DNA of 64,000 nt from Macrostomum lignano (GCA_002269645.1 NIVC01003982.1:1-64000); one strand, 5' to 3'. Numbered from the stretch's first letter, positions 24,765 to 39,089 are shown. A program made the numbers and translations. The notes: generated by a model from the letters alone, not told the origin.

Positions 24765-25475
24765 TTAGTCTAGTTTAGCTTGGTTTAGATTAGTTTGGTT
24801 TAGTTTATTCCAGTTTATTTTAATTTCAGTTTCAGTTTAGTTTAGTTAAGTTTAGTTTCTTTTCGTTTAGTTTAGTTTAGTTTAGTTTATTTTGGTTTAG
24901 TTTGGTTTAGTTTAGTTTAGTTTAGTTAAGTTTAGTTTAGTTTAGTTTAGTTTAGTTTAGTTTAGTTTGGTTTAGTTTAGTTTAGTTTAGTTTAGTTTAG
25001 TTTAGTTTAGTTTAGTTTAGTTTAGTTTAGTTTAGTTTAGTTTAGTTTAGTTTAGTTTAGTTTAGTTCAGTTTATTTTGGTTTAGTTTGGTTTAGTTTAG
25101 TTTGGTTTAGTTTAGTTTGGTTTAGTTTATTTTGGTTTAGTTTGGTTTAGTTTAGTTTAGTTTAGTTTAGTTTAGTTTAGTTTAGTTTGGTTTAGTTTAG
25201 TTTAGTTTAGTTAAGTTAAGTTAAGTTTAGTTTAGTTTGGTTTAGTTTAGTTTAGTTTAGTTTAGTTTAGTTTAGTTTGGTTTAGTTTGGTTTAGCTTAG
25301 TTTAGTTTAGTTTATTTTGGTTTAGTTTGGTTTAGTTTAGTTTAGTTTAGTTAAGTTTAGTTTAGTTTAGTTAGGTTTAGTTTAGTTTAGTTTAGTTTAG
25401 TTTAGTTAAGTTCACTTTAGTTTAGTTTAGTTTAGTTCAGTTTAGTTTAGTTTTGTTTTGTTTTGTTTTGTTTAG
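24765..25475. repeat. (TTTAG)n pentanucleotide array
   Basis: About 700 bp with TTTGG and TTAAG variants. Confidence 0.97.
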
Positions 25476-26212
25476 CTAAAACTTTAGTTTTTTCGTTCGG
25501 ATAAATTCAGATAAAAGGTTTAGGTGTGAAATTTTAGTATTTTTTTTCTGAAATCGATCACAGATACCGACAAACCATTCTTACTATATTAACGGAACAA
25601 AGCAGCTCCTTCATCCTTTGTTCCTAGACAGAAAAATTGCAGCATTTCTGTGCCTTTAAAATGCGGCTTTAGGGAAGTACTTCAGTCTCTCTCCTCTTCC
25701 TCTCATGCCTCTACATGCTTTCTTCACATTTTTAACCACCCAAACTGGTTGGTCTTTTTCTTCCGGTACCTAAAGTACATTTTTTCAAAAAGATCCAAAG
25801 AATATTTCTATTTACTGTACAATTTCCATTTCTTACTCAGTGCTTTTTCCTGAACACAGCACTCGTAAATCAATGTTTAAATTACTCGTGACTTCAGCTC
25901 TCTATCTACACGAAAGAAAAGCAATAAATCATTGATTGGCTAGCCAAGAAAATTTGACCCATTTTTTCAGTTGATTTAAGTACTGTTTTTAACCTAACGA
26001 CTTTGCTTGGAGAAAAAGTGCAGTTTGGAAAGAGTCGAGCAGCTAAGAAAACAAACAACTCGTAAAAAATGAAAAATGAAAATTGTTTTAGAAGACTCAA
26101 AAATTTTAGTCACACAATTAAATCAGATGCAGTGCTATTTGGATTTAATTAACCAGTGGCGACAAAATGAAGTAGAGACGTGCAGAGAGCATGTATGCAT
26201 CAATAAGCACAA

Positions 26213-26704
26213 AGTTGCAGCCAATCAGCGGTGACTAACTGGGATAGAGAGGAACAGAGAGAGTACACTCATAAATAAGTACAGAGTTGCAACCAATCAG
26301 CGATGACTAACTGGGATAGAGAGGAACAGAGAGAGTACACTCATCAATAAGTACAAAGTTGCAGCCAATCAGCGGTGACTAACTTAGGTAGATAGGAACA
26401 GAGAGAGTACACTCATCACTAAGTACAGAGTTGCAGCCAATCAGCGGTGACTAACTGGGGTAGAGAGGAACAGAGAGAGTACACTCATCAATAAGTACAG
26501 AGTTGCAGCCAATCAGCGGTGACTAACTGGGGTAGAGAGGAACAGAGAGCGTACACTCATCAATAAGTACAGAGTTGCAGCCAATCAGCGGTGACTAACT
26601 GGGGTAGAGAAGAACAGAGAGAGTAAACTCATCAATAAGTACAGAGTTGCAGCCAATCAGCGGTGACTAACTGGGGTAGAGAGGAACAGAGAGAGTACAC
26701 TCAC
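26213..26704. repeat. 72 bp tandem repeat (about 7 copies), each unit with a CCAATCAG motif
   Basis: Units recur every 72 bp (e.g. 26401, 26473); the array ends about 30 bp before the GPCR exon 2 acceptor. Confidence 0.93.
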
Positions 26705-26734
26705 CAGACTTAAACTAAACTCCACACATCACAG

Positions 26735-27304
26735 CTTCATCCTGGTGACTGTGCCCCACCGAGCCAAGAATTTCTACACTCTGAATCGATCAAAATTTCA
26801 CGTGACAGCAATTTACGCGGCGGCGACTTTGCTCTGCCTGCCGCACCTGCTGCGCTACGAAGCGGCCCAATGCTACAATGAGGATTTTAATCAAACCAGC
26901 TTCCGCATCTCGGAGACTGCTCTGTGGCGCAGCAGTCCTTACAGCGACTTGTACACCTGGGGCGTCTACTCAGCTAGAGTGCTGGTCCCAATAATACTGC
27001 TCGTGATTCTCAACGCCATGATCGGGAGGGTGCTGCGTCGGTCTCAGACAAGGCGAAGGCTGATGAACCGACATCGGATTACCGTCATGCTGATGACTGT
27101 GGTGCTGGTCTTTATTGTCAGCATCCTGCCAGATGCCGTGCTGAGCACAGTGCTCAACTACGGTTTCGCCGAGGAGAACTACTTGATCCGGGGCATCAGA
27201 GAGATCACCGACGTGTTCGTCTGCTTCAACGGAGCCTGCAACTTCATCTTGTATTTCACTTTTAATACAATCTTCAAGAATCAGTTCTATCAGCTGTTCT
27301 GCTG
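26735..27304 (+). CDS. GPCR exon 2 (end of TM3 to TM7)
   Basis: Acceptor ACAG|C completes ER-F-ILVTVPHRAK; LCLPHLLRY; VLVPIILLVILN; ITVMLMTVVLVFIVSILP; FNGACNFILY. Phase-2 donor TG|GTGAGT at 27305. Confidence 0.92.
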
Positions 27305-27369
27305 GTGAGTAACGGCTTCTTTTTTGAGGAAATTTCTCTTATTTTAGAAAATCCAAGATTTCCGATTCC

Positions 27370-27780
27370 GGTGTCAATCCGGACGCAAAAAGTGTCGATC
27401 GCTGTCACAAAATTGTGGCAATCAGCGCCACAAAACAGTGTCGATCGGCGTTAAAAACGGTGTCGATCGGCGCAACAAAATGGTGTCAATCGGAGCCACA
27501 AAATGGTATCAATCGGCGCCACAAAATGGTATCAATCGGCGCCACAAATTGGTGTCAATCGGCGCCACAAAACGGTGTCAATCGGCGCCACAAATTGGTG
27601 TCAATCGGCGCCACAAAACGGTGTCAATCGGCGCGACAAAACGGTGTCAATCGGCGCCACAAATTGGTGTCAATCGGCGCCACAAAACGGTGTCAATCGG
27701 CGCGACAAAACGGTGTCAATCTGCGCCACAAAACAGTGTCAATCGGCGCCACAAAATGATGTCAATCGGCGCCACGAAAT
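27370..27780. repeat. 23 bp minisatellite (GGTGTCAATCGGCGCCACAAAAC)n
   Basis: Tandem units within GPCR intron 2. Confidence 0.93.
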
Positions 27781-28289
27781 TGAAACTACAACTGAAGTCC
27801 TCCACAAAATAATGCCCATCTAGTGCTCAGCTTTCAAAATCATTAAAATGGCAGTAGCTTCAAAGTTCAGGCAAAAATGAGTTCAGTGTATTTTTATTCT
27901 CCTAGTTTAAACAAAACACAGAATGGAATTAAAGTGCACGTAAACAAGAGGCTCGTTCCAGACACAAAACACGTTTTTCATCGATGCTTTAATTAGATCT
28001 CCTTCAGGATTAGCATTTTTAATCAAATCATTTTTTGTCTGCTTACTGGAAAACTGAAATTGGCAAAATTTATTGCTTTGAGAGTGATATGCTATGATTT
28101 TTTTTATTCAAGTGCCTAAAGATGGGCTTCGCGGGTGCCGGGACGAATACTGGGGAGTGCGGAAGGGTAAAGGGTAAAGGGTAAAGGGATAAAGGGATAA
28201 AGGGATAAAGGGTAACCTGAAGTAGGCTTGAGTCAAAATATCGAGCACAGGAGGATGAAATTTGACTAGAAGAGATGGGAGTGACAAGA

Positions 28290-28692
28290 AGGAATGGGAG
28301 TGACAAGAATGGATTGATAGGAGCGACGATAAAGAATAGGAGTGCCAAGAAGCCATTGATAGGAGTGACAAGAAGTGATTGATAGGAGTGCCAAGAATTG
28401 ATTGATAGGAGTGACAAGAAGGGATTGATAGGAGTACCAAGAAGTGATTGATAGGCGTGCCAAGAAGTGATTGATAGGAGTGACAAGAAGTGATTGATAG
28501 GAGTGACAAGAAGGGATTGATAGGAGTGACAAGAAGTGATTGATAGGAGTGCCAAGAAGTGATTGATAGGAGTGACAAGAAGTGATTGATAGGAGTGCCA
28601 AGAAGTGATTGATAGGAGTGACAAGAAGGGATTGATAGGAGTGCTAAGAAGTGATTGATAGGAGTGACAAGAAGGGATTGATAGGAGTGCCA
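28290..28692. repeat. 23 bp minisatellite (GATTGATAGGAGTGACAAGAAGT)n
   Basis: Tandem units within GPCR intron 2. Confidence 0.93.
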
Positions 28693-28831
28693 AGATCAGG
28701 TGAGAGGGCTGGGGTGACAAAATTTAGGGACAAGAGTGATGCATCAGGGCAAGAAGACATCGCCAAAGTACACCAGAGCAGATTGGTGCAGAATCTGACG
28801 GGCGATCTCCCTCCAATCTCCAAACCCCAAG

Positions 28832-29180
28832 GCGGTGCAGTAGCAAGCCGCAGCTGAAGTTTCACACATCGAACGGCGACGGCTCGGGTTCGGGCCCGAA
28901 GCTGTACGTCAGCCTGCGAATGCCGGTGATTCAAGACCGGCCAGCGAACTCGGCACCTGCGGCTGCTGGCGGAGCTGCTGAACCCGACACTGGCTGCTGT
29001 CGCAGCTCCCGAGTTGGCGACCATGGGGAAGGCGTCGGCGAAGCGGCTCACCTGAGCAGCACGAACGTCTGCGCCCAGTGCAGCGGCAGGAGTTCCGCCA
29101 GCGTTCGAATTGTTCGAATGAAGCTGCAAAGCCGGCAGCAGCAACAGCCGGGTGAGAGCAACCCGGATACTGCCGCTTGA
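28832..29180 (+). CDS. GPCR exon 3 (C-terminal tail)
   Basis: Acceptor CCAAG|G completes W(TGG), giving FCW-RCSSKPQLKF..., in frame with ORF 28920-29180. Total CDS 1302 nt (433 aa). Confidence 0.72.
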
Positions 29181-29699
29181 GCCGCTCCAACAAGAGGTTA
29201 CCAAATGACTGCTTGGGCAGAAGATTAATTAAAGCACTTTGCACTTTATTTATGGTCCCTGCTGCGGATCATTTCTGAGAAAACCCAGTGCAGCGTACTT
29301 TAAAGTACTGTATGTACTTTGAGATCTGCAGCTTCAGCTGGACTCGGGATTTTTTAGGGTGGGTTCATGGGGGTCAGCCGACCCCTTTGACTCTCTTGGA
29401 TTCATCGATTTTTTTCGCTTGTTCTCGCTTCAAACAGATTGATTTTCCTGATGCGACCGAGAACTTTCGATAGTGGTTTACGGGATCAGGTTTGCTTTGT
29501 ACATGCAAAAGTAGTGGATGAATTATTTTGTATTTAATGTTGCGTAATCATTCGCTACCTCTACTTGATACCGATGATTATTAAGTTGTGTTTATTTTTC
29601 TCTGTCCTGTGATCTGACAACAGAGATTACTGATCGGGTCAGAAATTTTATGCACAGATCTGAGAGTGAGAAAAGTGTTATTGATAATTTTAGGGAGAG

Positions 29700-30080
29700 A
29701 TCTCATGTAGAAGTCTCAAGGTGAAATCTCATGAAGAGATCTCAAGAAGAGATTTCAAAAAGAGGCTCAAGAAAAGATCTCATTTGGAGATCTCAAGTCT
29801 CATTAAGAGATCTCAAGTAAAGGGTCTCAAGAAGAGATCTCAAGTAGAGATCTCATGACAAGATCTCATGGAGCGATCTCAAGGAGAGATCTCATCGAGA
29901 GATCTTAAAAACAGATATTCAGAAGAGATCGCAGGCAGAGATCTTACAATAATTGTTAGGCTTCTCAAGGAGAGATCTCGGGTGGAGATCTCATTAAGAG
30001 ATCTTACGAAGAGATTAGTGGGAAAGATCTCAAGATTAAATCTCATGGAGAAAGATCTCTAGAAAAATCTCACAGAGACA
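29700..30080. repeat. Degenerate GAGATCTCA(A/T)-rich repeat region
   Basis: Recurring AGAGATCTCAAG and GAGATCTCATG motifs. Confidence 0.7.
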
Positions 30081-30585
30081 TCTCTTGAAGGGGTTTAGAG
30101 CGAGAGAAATGAACTATATAGATGCGAGACGAATTAAAGGGTTGTCTAGACTATCAGGTACGTTACATATGTATATGTATATCCTCCTAGCAACTATTTT
30201 TAATAGGTAATTAACTCTCGCTGTATCTGAATCGAAAATGAAAACGAGTTTGTTGTATTTGTCCTGCTTTTCTGTTCCCTAAACTACATTGTCAGCAGCT
30301 GGTAACTTCGACCAAATTTTATGTAATTGCTAACTGTAATGTGAAAACTGCTAACAAAAGCACTCGTAGATGCTGTTGAAATGCTGTAAAACTGGCTGTA
30401 AAACCTTTATTCCGACACTAATGGCTGCTATAAATGTAAAAGACGCTACATTAATCAAATACACAGTTGAATTTAAACAATTGAACAGTAAAATTGAAGA
30501 GACGTGCTTTGCATTGCAACCTTTATACAGACTTATAAGCTTATTGGTGTCCATAAATTAATTACTTATAATAAATAAGCAGACA

Positions 30586-32340
<1,755 letters not shown>

Positions 32341-32534
32341 GAGGCGCGTGCCCTGCTAGGAGCACGAGCTTATTATGCTCAATTTTCCAGTCCTAGAAGA
32401 GATCGTCTGATTAATCACCTGGCTGCTCTAAGCTGATAAGGTGTCGCCTCTAAGTAGAACATTCAGATCGAATAGAAGTGCAAACTCTTTGCTTGGGAAG
32501 AAACTTCTCTTGCTAGCTCGTAGTAAAGAGAGGT

Positions 32535-33065
32535 TGTTCCTGTTAGATAGAGGTTATTAATCTTAGATGTTGTTCCTGTTAGATAGAGGTTATTAATCTT
32601 AGATGCTGTTCCTGTTAGATAGAGGTTATTAATCTTAGATGTTGTTCCTGTTAGATAGAGGTTATTAATCTTAGATGTTGTTCCTGTTAGATAGAGGTTA
32701 TTAATCTTAGATGTTGTTCGTGTTAGATAGAGGTTATTAATCTTAGATGTAGTTCCTGTTAGATAGAGGTTATTACTGTTAGATGTTGTTTCTGTTAGAA
32801 AGATGTTGTTACTGTTAGACAGATGTTGTTACTGTTATACAGATTTTGTTCCTGTTAGATAGAGGTTATTACTGTTAGATGTTGTTTCTGTTAGACAGAG
32901 GTTGTTACTGTTAGACAGATGTTGTTACTGTTAGACAGATGTTGTTTCTGTTAGACAGATGTTGTTTCTCTTAGACAGATGTTGTTACTGTTAGGCAGAG
33001 GCTCTTAATGTTAGACAAAGAATGTTACTGTTAGGCAGAGGTGGTTACTGATAGACAGCGGTTGT
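32535..33065. repeat. 36 bp tandem repeat decaying into 18 bp units
   Basis: (AGATAGAGGTTATTAATCTTAGATGTTGTTCCTGTT)n. Confidence 0.92.
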
Positions 33066-33718
33066 TACTGGTTCTGTTTGTTATCTAAAACGAAAAAGGA
33101 AAAAACCCGAAAGCAAAAGAAAGTACAAACTACACGGCTTAGCTAGTGGAAGAAACTTCAAGAATATTTTTAGCAGAAATACGAATACTAAGTGAGTTTT
33201 ACAATTCCCGACATGCACGGCACAAGCAAACGCAATGGCTCAATATTTACTTATACTCAACTGCAAGGACAGAAAATATTTCCTACCTTGGTTATAGTGA
33301 TATTCCTTAGTCGGCAGCCGAATAGGACCTTGGACAAGAGTCTGATTAGACATGGGACAGCTGAGATGATGAACTGCTTGTTATTCTGCAGGGGGAGAAT
33401 TATGACATGTCTGGAGCGGAGAGTGGACAGGGCTCGCTAATTACCCTCTGAAATTTTTTCAATAACCTTAGCCTGGGTGTGAGTAATTAGACAACGCCCT
33501 TTGCGAAGTGTCTTTTTACATTCTGGGCGATGAACCCTATTAGGTTGGCATGTAAACAAAAACGTAGCACTGAAAATAATAAGCGGAACATGCGATTATA
33601 AAATCGTGACATTTTCTGCATTTTTAAGAAAAATGTCCATATAATACTACTTAATGACAAGTCAATCGAAAAATATGCGTAAGTAGGTATTGAATTTTTT
33701 GAAAATTTTGAAAACAGA

Positions 33719-33845
33719 GTGTACATGTCTGACAATAATAAAGTCAGGGCCGCTGTGCACTCTGCGTGAGTGTTTATGAGTGCGTACTTGCGTACAGTAT
33801 TGTCAGCGGAATGGGCGCGTCTACCAACGAGCGTCGGGGTGTACA
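33719..33845 (+). mobile_element. Diverged fragment of the SINE central/3' domain
   Basis: GTGTACATGTCTGACAATAATAAAGTCAGGGCCGCTGTGCACTC...GCGGAATGGGC aligns with SINE sequence GTGTACATGCCTAACAATTGATAAAGTTAGGGCCGTTGTACACTC...GCGGAATGGGC. Confidence 0.65.
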
Positions 33846-33945
33846 TTAATTTGGCAAGGCTTCTGGGGCTGGGGGGTTAGGGATAGGGGTGACGAAGAAT
33901 GTACATTATCTCTCTCCAGTTCAGTGGTTGTTGGGTCAACGCTGC

Positions 33946-33967
33946 GGCCAATCAGCGCGCAGGAAGT
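33946..33967 (+). promoter_or_regulatory. Candidate promoter motifs: CCAAT box and ETS site
   Basis: GGCCAATCAG followed by CAGGAAGT, about 200 bp upstream of the ATG at 34158. Motif match only. Confidence 0.3.
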
Positions 33968-34157
33968 TAAATCAAATTTTATTACCCCCCCCACCACCCC
34001 ATGCACCCCAGAGCTTGTCATGAAATGAAGTGAAACTCTCAATTCACTAAAAAGGCTTTGCACTTTGCTAATAAAACTGTGGGGCAGGTAACAGTAACTT
34101 AAACAGTAGCCACCAGACATTGGATAATAGTATAGAACTCAGCACCAGCTAGGAGCA

Positions 34158-34241
34158 ATGAACTCGCAGCTGCATCAGGATCAGCAGAACGTTGTTGGGC
34201 CTCTTCAACACGGCGGCGCTGCCACATTTCAAGCCGCTGTG
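34158..34241 (+). CDS. MS4A/CD20-like tetraspan protein, exon 1
   Basis: ATG at 34158, 28 open codons, donor GTG|GTGAGT (phase 0) matching the acceptor at 34724. Confidence 0.65.
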
Positions 34242-34439
34242 GTGAGTTTTCGCGTCGTTTCGCAACTACCTTTTTTAAAAGAGCAAACCGATCGTGAATG
34301 CTTGACTTGAGTTGTTCATTACGGAAGATTATATTTGAGTCTTTTTCCTTATTTAATAACTGACTACACCATTACCTCAGATTGCATTCTTTGGACAATA
34401 TCAATTAGAACTCATGATTTTTATCCCACTATCCAAATC

Positions 34440-34695
34440 CTGCAACCCAAATCCCATACTCAAAATCCATTATCTAGATCTCATTATCCAGATCAAATAT
34501 CCAAATCCCATTATCCAGATCCCATCATCCAAATCCAATTATCCAGATCCCATTATCCAGATCCCATTATTTAGATCCCGTTATCCAAGTCCCATTACGC
34601 TATTATGTAGATCCCATATCCTAATTCCTATCTAAATCCAATTATCGAGATCCCATTTTCAAAATCGAAATCCTATTATCCAGATCCCATTATCC
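34440..34695. repeat. Degenerate 14 bp repeat (CCAGATCCCATTAT)n
   Basis: Fills the 3' half of the intron up to the acceptor. Confidence 0.8.
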
Positions 34696-34724
34696 ATGTT
34701 CGATCACACACCTCCCATCCCCAG

Positions 34725-35540
34725 TTCGACCGGGTAGCCGCCTCGGCCACCCTCCGTCGGAGCCGTCAGCCGAGCCGCCTACCCGAGGAGCTGCAGAGCC
34801 GCCACCGAGCATTCAGCACCCTGCAGAGTCTTGTTGGAGTCATCCTCGCCCTTCTAGGCTTCGTAGCCCTTGCCTGGGGCCAGTCAGCCTCGCCGTTAGG
34901 CGTCGCTGTTGGAGTCTGGGCTGGCCCAGGATTTCTATTCGCCGGTCAACTCGGTTGCCAGGCGGGTCGCAGCGGCAACGGTGGTCGGTCGAGACGTGCC
35001 GCCCTGCGCTGGTCGCTGTCGAGTTTGGGCGCCTGCTTCGCCTCGTTCAGCATCGGCATAGCGGCTGTCGTGGTGCGAGCCCAGCGCATCTCCCTGCCGC
35101 CGGCTCCCGTGGCCGTGTCCGACTGCGTGAATCTCAGCTTGGTCTGTTTCGGCCTGTGCATGTCCATTGCTCAGGCTGCTTTCGCCTACCTGTCTGTCTG
35201 GCACTGCTACTGGAACTGTTATTGCGAGGTTGCGAAGACGTCTAGCCATCAGCAGCAAGCCAGCCTACCTGTGGCTGCTCAGCAGACGTGCTCCAAATGT
35301 CTCAAGCAGCAGCAACAGCATCAACAACAGCGAACATCCTGGACAACGGACGATCTGCAGGACAGACGAATTACTCCACCGCCAAGTTATGAGGAGTGGC
35401 GCTCCATGACTCTGGGCCCGGGGTGCGCCGGCAGTGACAGTGCGTCAGTGCACAGCTCTCCGGAGTGCCGCTCGATGATCGTGCCAGGAGAGAAGCCGAG
35501 AGGTCGAAAGAAGAATCTTCGAGTTCACTGGGAGCTGTGA
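34725..35540 (+). CDS. MS4A/CD20-like tetraspan protein, exon 2
   Basis: Acceptor CCCAG|TTC; the frame is open from 34725 into ORF 35025-35540. Four hydrophobic segments, including LQSLVGVILALLG and GVWAGPGFLFAGQLG (MS4A-type G-W-G...AG-LG pattern). C-terminal tail with PPPSY. Total 299 aa. Confidence 0.75.
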   Translation, partial: FDRVAASATLRRSRQPSRLPEELQSRHRAFSTLQSLVGVILALLGFVALAWGQSASPLGVAVGVWAGPGFLFAGQLGCQAGRSGNGGRSRRAALRWSLSSLGACFASFSIGIAAVVVRAQRISLPPAPVAVSDCVNLSLVCFGLCMSIAQAAFAYLSVWHCYWNCYCEVAKTSSHQQQASLPVAAQQTCSKCLKQQQQHQQQRTSWTTDDLQDRRITPPPSYEEWRSMTLGPGCAGSDSASVHSSPECRSMIVPGEKPRGRKKNLRVHWEL

Positions 35541-36599
35541 TTGGCCCGCTATCTTCTATTTGATTTGTTTTTTTAAGCTTCCATTTTTTAATTCGGTTAA
35601 GGTTGTCCCAAGTTTTAGTCAACGTTTCTCTTTGTTTTATTATGCGGTGGTTACAATTTTACTACTCACGCTCCAGATCTCAGTAGTATGATTAGGATAA
35701 TTGACTTTATTTTGATTTGCTATGCTTTCGTCATCATTATATAAATAGTTCTACAAGGCTTATTTCAGACGAAAATCAAGTTTTTAAACATAATTTTGTT
35801 TGAAGAGTTTATTTAATAATTTGAGCCCTCGTCCGACGTTTCCAAGAAACCTGAAAAATAAACTATCGGGCATGAGCAAAACAAAACTTGAATTGCTCTC
35901 GCGTTACATCAACAGAACTTGGTTCACTTCAGATCAGAACTTGGAGCATTTCATTTTGGTTGTTATTGACGGCAAGTAAAACAAACTTGCAGGCCTTACG
36001 CCCAGAAGCAAGCGCAAGGCACCTGTCTCCCAGAAATACTAAAGCTATATAATCTTCATCTCGGCCGCCAGCTCACTGCAAACAAATTTCTGCCTTGGAC
36101 AAACATTAACGGCATAAAGTTGTGTCCAGAGCAAACAGAGAGCCTCCGACAGAGATTGAACTGCCTCTGCTGCTGGAGAGCTCTCTTCTAGAAGAGAAAG
36201 CAAAAAAGAGAGCAGCAACAAGGAATTGCTTGGATCCAGAAGGCTTGGCATCAACTTGCTCCGGCTGAGTTAGTCCTGCCTCTCCTGTTTCCTGACAGCA
36301 ATCGATCTCTTGCCCCTCTGACAGAAGACCTTCAGGCAAGTCATATAGCAGTTATGAGGTAAATCTTTGCTTCAGATCATTCTCTGATTTTTATGTTCAA
36401 ATTAGCTTTTTCATTAACCTTTAGATTTATATATTACGGCAAGGTCAATGAGAGACAAATCTGAAAGCGTTTAATAGAGTGACTATAGTCATAGATTAGT
36501 CAATTAGTGTCAGAAGCTAGTCACAAAAGCAATAATAGACTCTAGTTAATGGCTTTAATGACTGAATTTAAAGTAGCTCAACCTTTCTGTCTGTCTATT

Positions 36600-38420
36600 A
36601 TGTCTATGACTATCCTGATTAGCTTCTGACATTAATGACTATTGTAACTGACTTCTGACACTAATTAACAGGATATGACTATAGAGACTAGCTTCCGACA
36701 CTAAATGACTAGCTTCTGACACCAATGACTTGCTTCTGACACTAACTGACTAGTCTGTGACGATTGTGACTAGTCTATGACAATCGTGACTAGTCTATGA
36801 ATATGGTGACTAGCTTCTGACAGTAATGACTAGCTTCTAACACTAATGATTACCTTCCGACACTAATGATTACCTTCTTAACAATAATGACTAGCTTCCG
36901 ACACAAATTACTACCTTCCTAACACTAATGACTACCTTCCTAACACTAATGACTACCTTCCTACGCTCGTAACACTAATGACTAGCTTCTGACACTAATG
37001 ACTAGCTTCCGACACTAATGACTGGCTTCCGACACTAATGACTAGCTTCCGACAGTAATGACTAGCTTCCGACAGTAATGACTAGCTTCTGACACTAATG
37101 ACTAGCTTCTGACACTAATGACTAGCTTCTGACACTAATGACTAGCTTCCGACACAAATTACTACCTTCCTAACACTACTGACTACCTTCCTAACACTAA
37201 TGACTACATTCCTAACACTAATGCCTACCTTCCGACACTAATGACTAGCTTCCGACACAAATTACTACCTTCCTAACACTACTGACTACCTTCCTAACAC
37301 TAATGACTACATTCCTAACACTAATGCCTACCTTCCGACACTAATGACTAGCTTCCGACACTAATGACTAGCTTCTGACACTAATGACTAGCTTCTGACA
37401 CTAATGATTAGCTTCTGACACTAATGACTAGCTTCCGACACTAATGACTAGCTTCCGACACTAATGACAAGCTTCCGACACTAATGACTAGCTTCCGACA
37501 CTAATGACTAGCTTCTGACACTAATGACTAGCTTCTGACACTAATGACTAGCTTCCGACACTAATGACTAGCTTCTGACACTAATGACTAGCTTCCGACA
37601 CTAATGACTAGCTTCTGACACTAATGACTAGCTTCCGACACTAATGACTAGCTTCCGACACTAATGACTAGCTTCCGACACTAATGACTAGCTTCCGACA
37701 GTAATGACTAGCTTCTGACACTAATGACTAGCTTCTGACACTAATGACTAGCTTCCGACACTAATGACTAGCTTCCGACACTAATGACTAGCTTCTGACA
37801 CTAATGATTAGCTTCCGACACTAATGACTAGCTTCCGACACTAATGACTAGCTTCCGACTAGCTTCCGACACTAATGACTAGCTTCTGACACTAATGACT
37901 AGCCTCCGACTACCTTCTGACACTAATGACTAGCTTCTGACACTAATGACTAGCTTCCGACACTAATGGCTAGCTTCCGACACTAATGACTAGCTTCCGA
38001 CACTAATGACTAGCTTCCGACACTAATGCCTACCTTCCGACACTAATGACTAGCTTCCAACACAAATTACTACCTTCCTAACACTAATGACTAGCTTCTG
38101 ACACTAACTGACTAGTCTATGACGATCGTGACTAGCTTCTGAAGCCAATTACTAGCTTCTGACACTAATGACTAGTCTATGACGATCGTGACTAGCTTCT
38201 GAAGCCAATTACTAGCTTCTGACACTAACTGACTAGTCTATGACGATCGTGACTAGCTTCTGAAGCCAATTACTAGCTTCTGACACTAATGACTAGTCTA
38301 TGACGATCGTGACTAGCTTCTGAAGCCAATTACTAGCTTCTGACACTAATGACTAGTCTATGACGATCGTGACTAGCTTCTGAAGCCAATTACTAGCTTC
38401 TGACACTAATGACTAGTCTA
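36600..38420. repeat. 20 bp minisatellite (GACTAGCTTC(C/T)GACACTAAT)n, ending in 60 bp higher-order units
   Basis: About 1.8 kb of tandem units. Confidence 0.97.
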
Positions 38421-38452
38421 TGACGATTGCCCCCACTGGCCGACCTCCGCAG

Positions 38453-39030
38453 CGAGCTCAAGCACGTCCGCGACCCAGTCACTGGCCGCTGCGTGGCCTG
38501 CGAAGCGCTGAACAAGAGCGGCGGCCTCGACTTGGCCTACCACCCAGACTACGGCCTCAACACCGGCTCGGGTCTCATGGTGCAGCAGAATCAGAACCGA
38601 CCGACAACGCCAGTAATTTTCGACCCCTCAGATCCCAACTATATCAGAGCTATTCGCCGGGGCAGTGTTGCCTTATCCAAGGGCCAGGGAGTGTACACCC
38701 ACGGAGCCAATCCGCAGCAGTTCGATCAACCGTCGCCAACGCTGATGAAGCGCCAGTCGCAGCCGCAGATTCTTCTGCTGGACACCCAGTCGGCGCCGCA
38801 GCAGCAGCCGAACTACCGGTTCGTTCAACCATCGCCAAGCGGCAGCAACAACAAAGTTGTGCTGTGGCAGCAGGCCGCCTCTGGCAGGGTGGAGCCGCAG
38901 CCGCAGTACTCCATGGCCACCGTGGCTGGCGCGGCCATGAAGCAGCCGAGACCGCCACCGCCGCAGACGGTCTGGGTGCAGCCGTCGGGTGGCGGAGGTG
39001 CCAACCTGCACGGTGCCAACTTCTACCCGG
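38453..39030 (+). CDS. Putative FAIM-like membrane protein, Gln/Pro-rich N-terminal exon (5' end unresolved)
   Basis: Frame of ORF 38427-39035 has host-like codon usage. Acceptor CCGCAG|C at 38452; donor CCGG|GTTAGA at 39031 (phase 1) matches the acceptor at 40276. Confidence 0.65.
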
Positions 39031-39089
39031 GTTAGAGAGTACAGCCTGTACTTTGGTTTGTAGAATAGAGCAGATCATAGGGGGACTGA

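Noticed and set aside
24765-25475. Interstitial telomere
   Set aside because: The unit is TTTAG, not TTAGGG or TTAGG.
35990-36350. Possible upstream exon of the FAIM-like gene
   Set aside because: The roughly 70-codon open frame ends in a stop, and I found no phase-compatible canonical donor.
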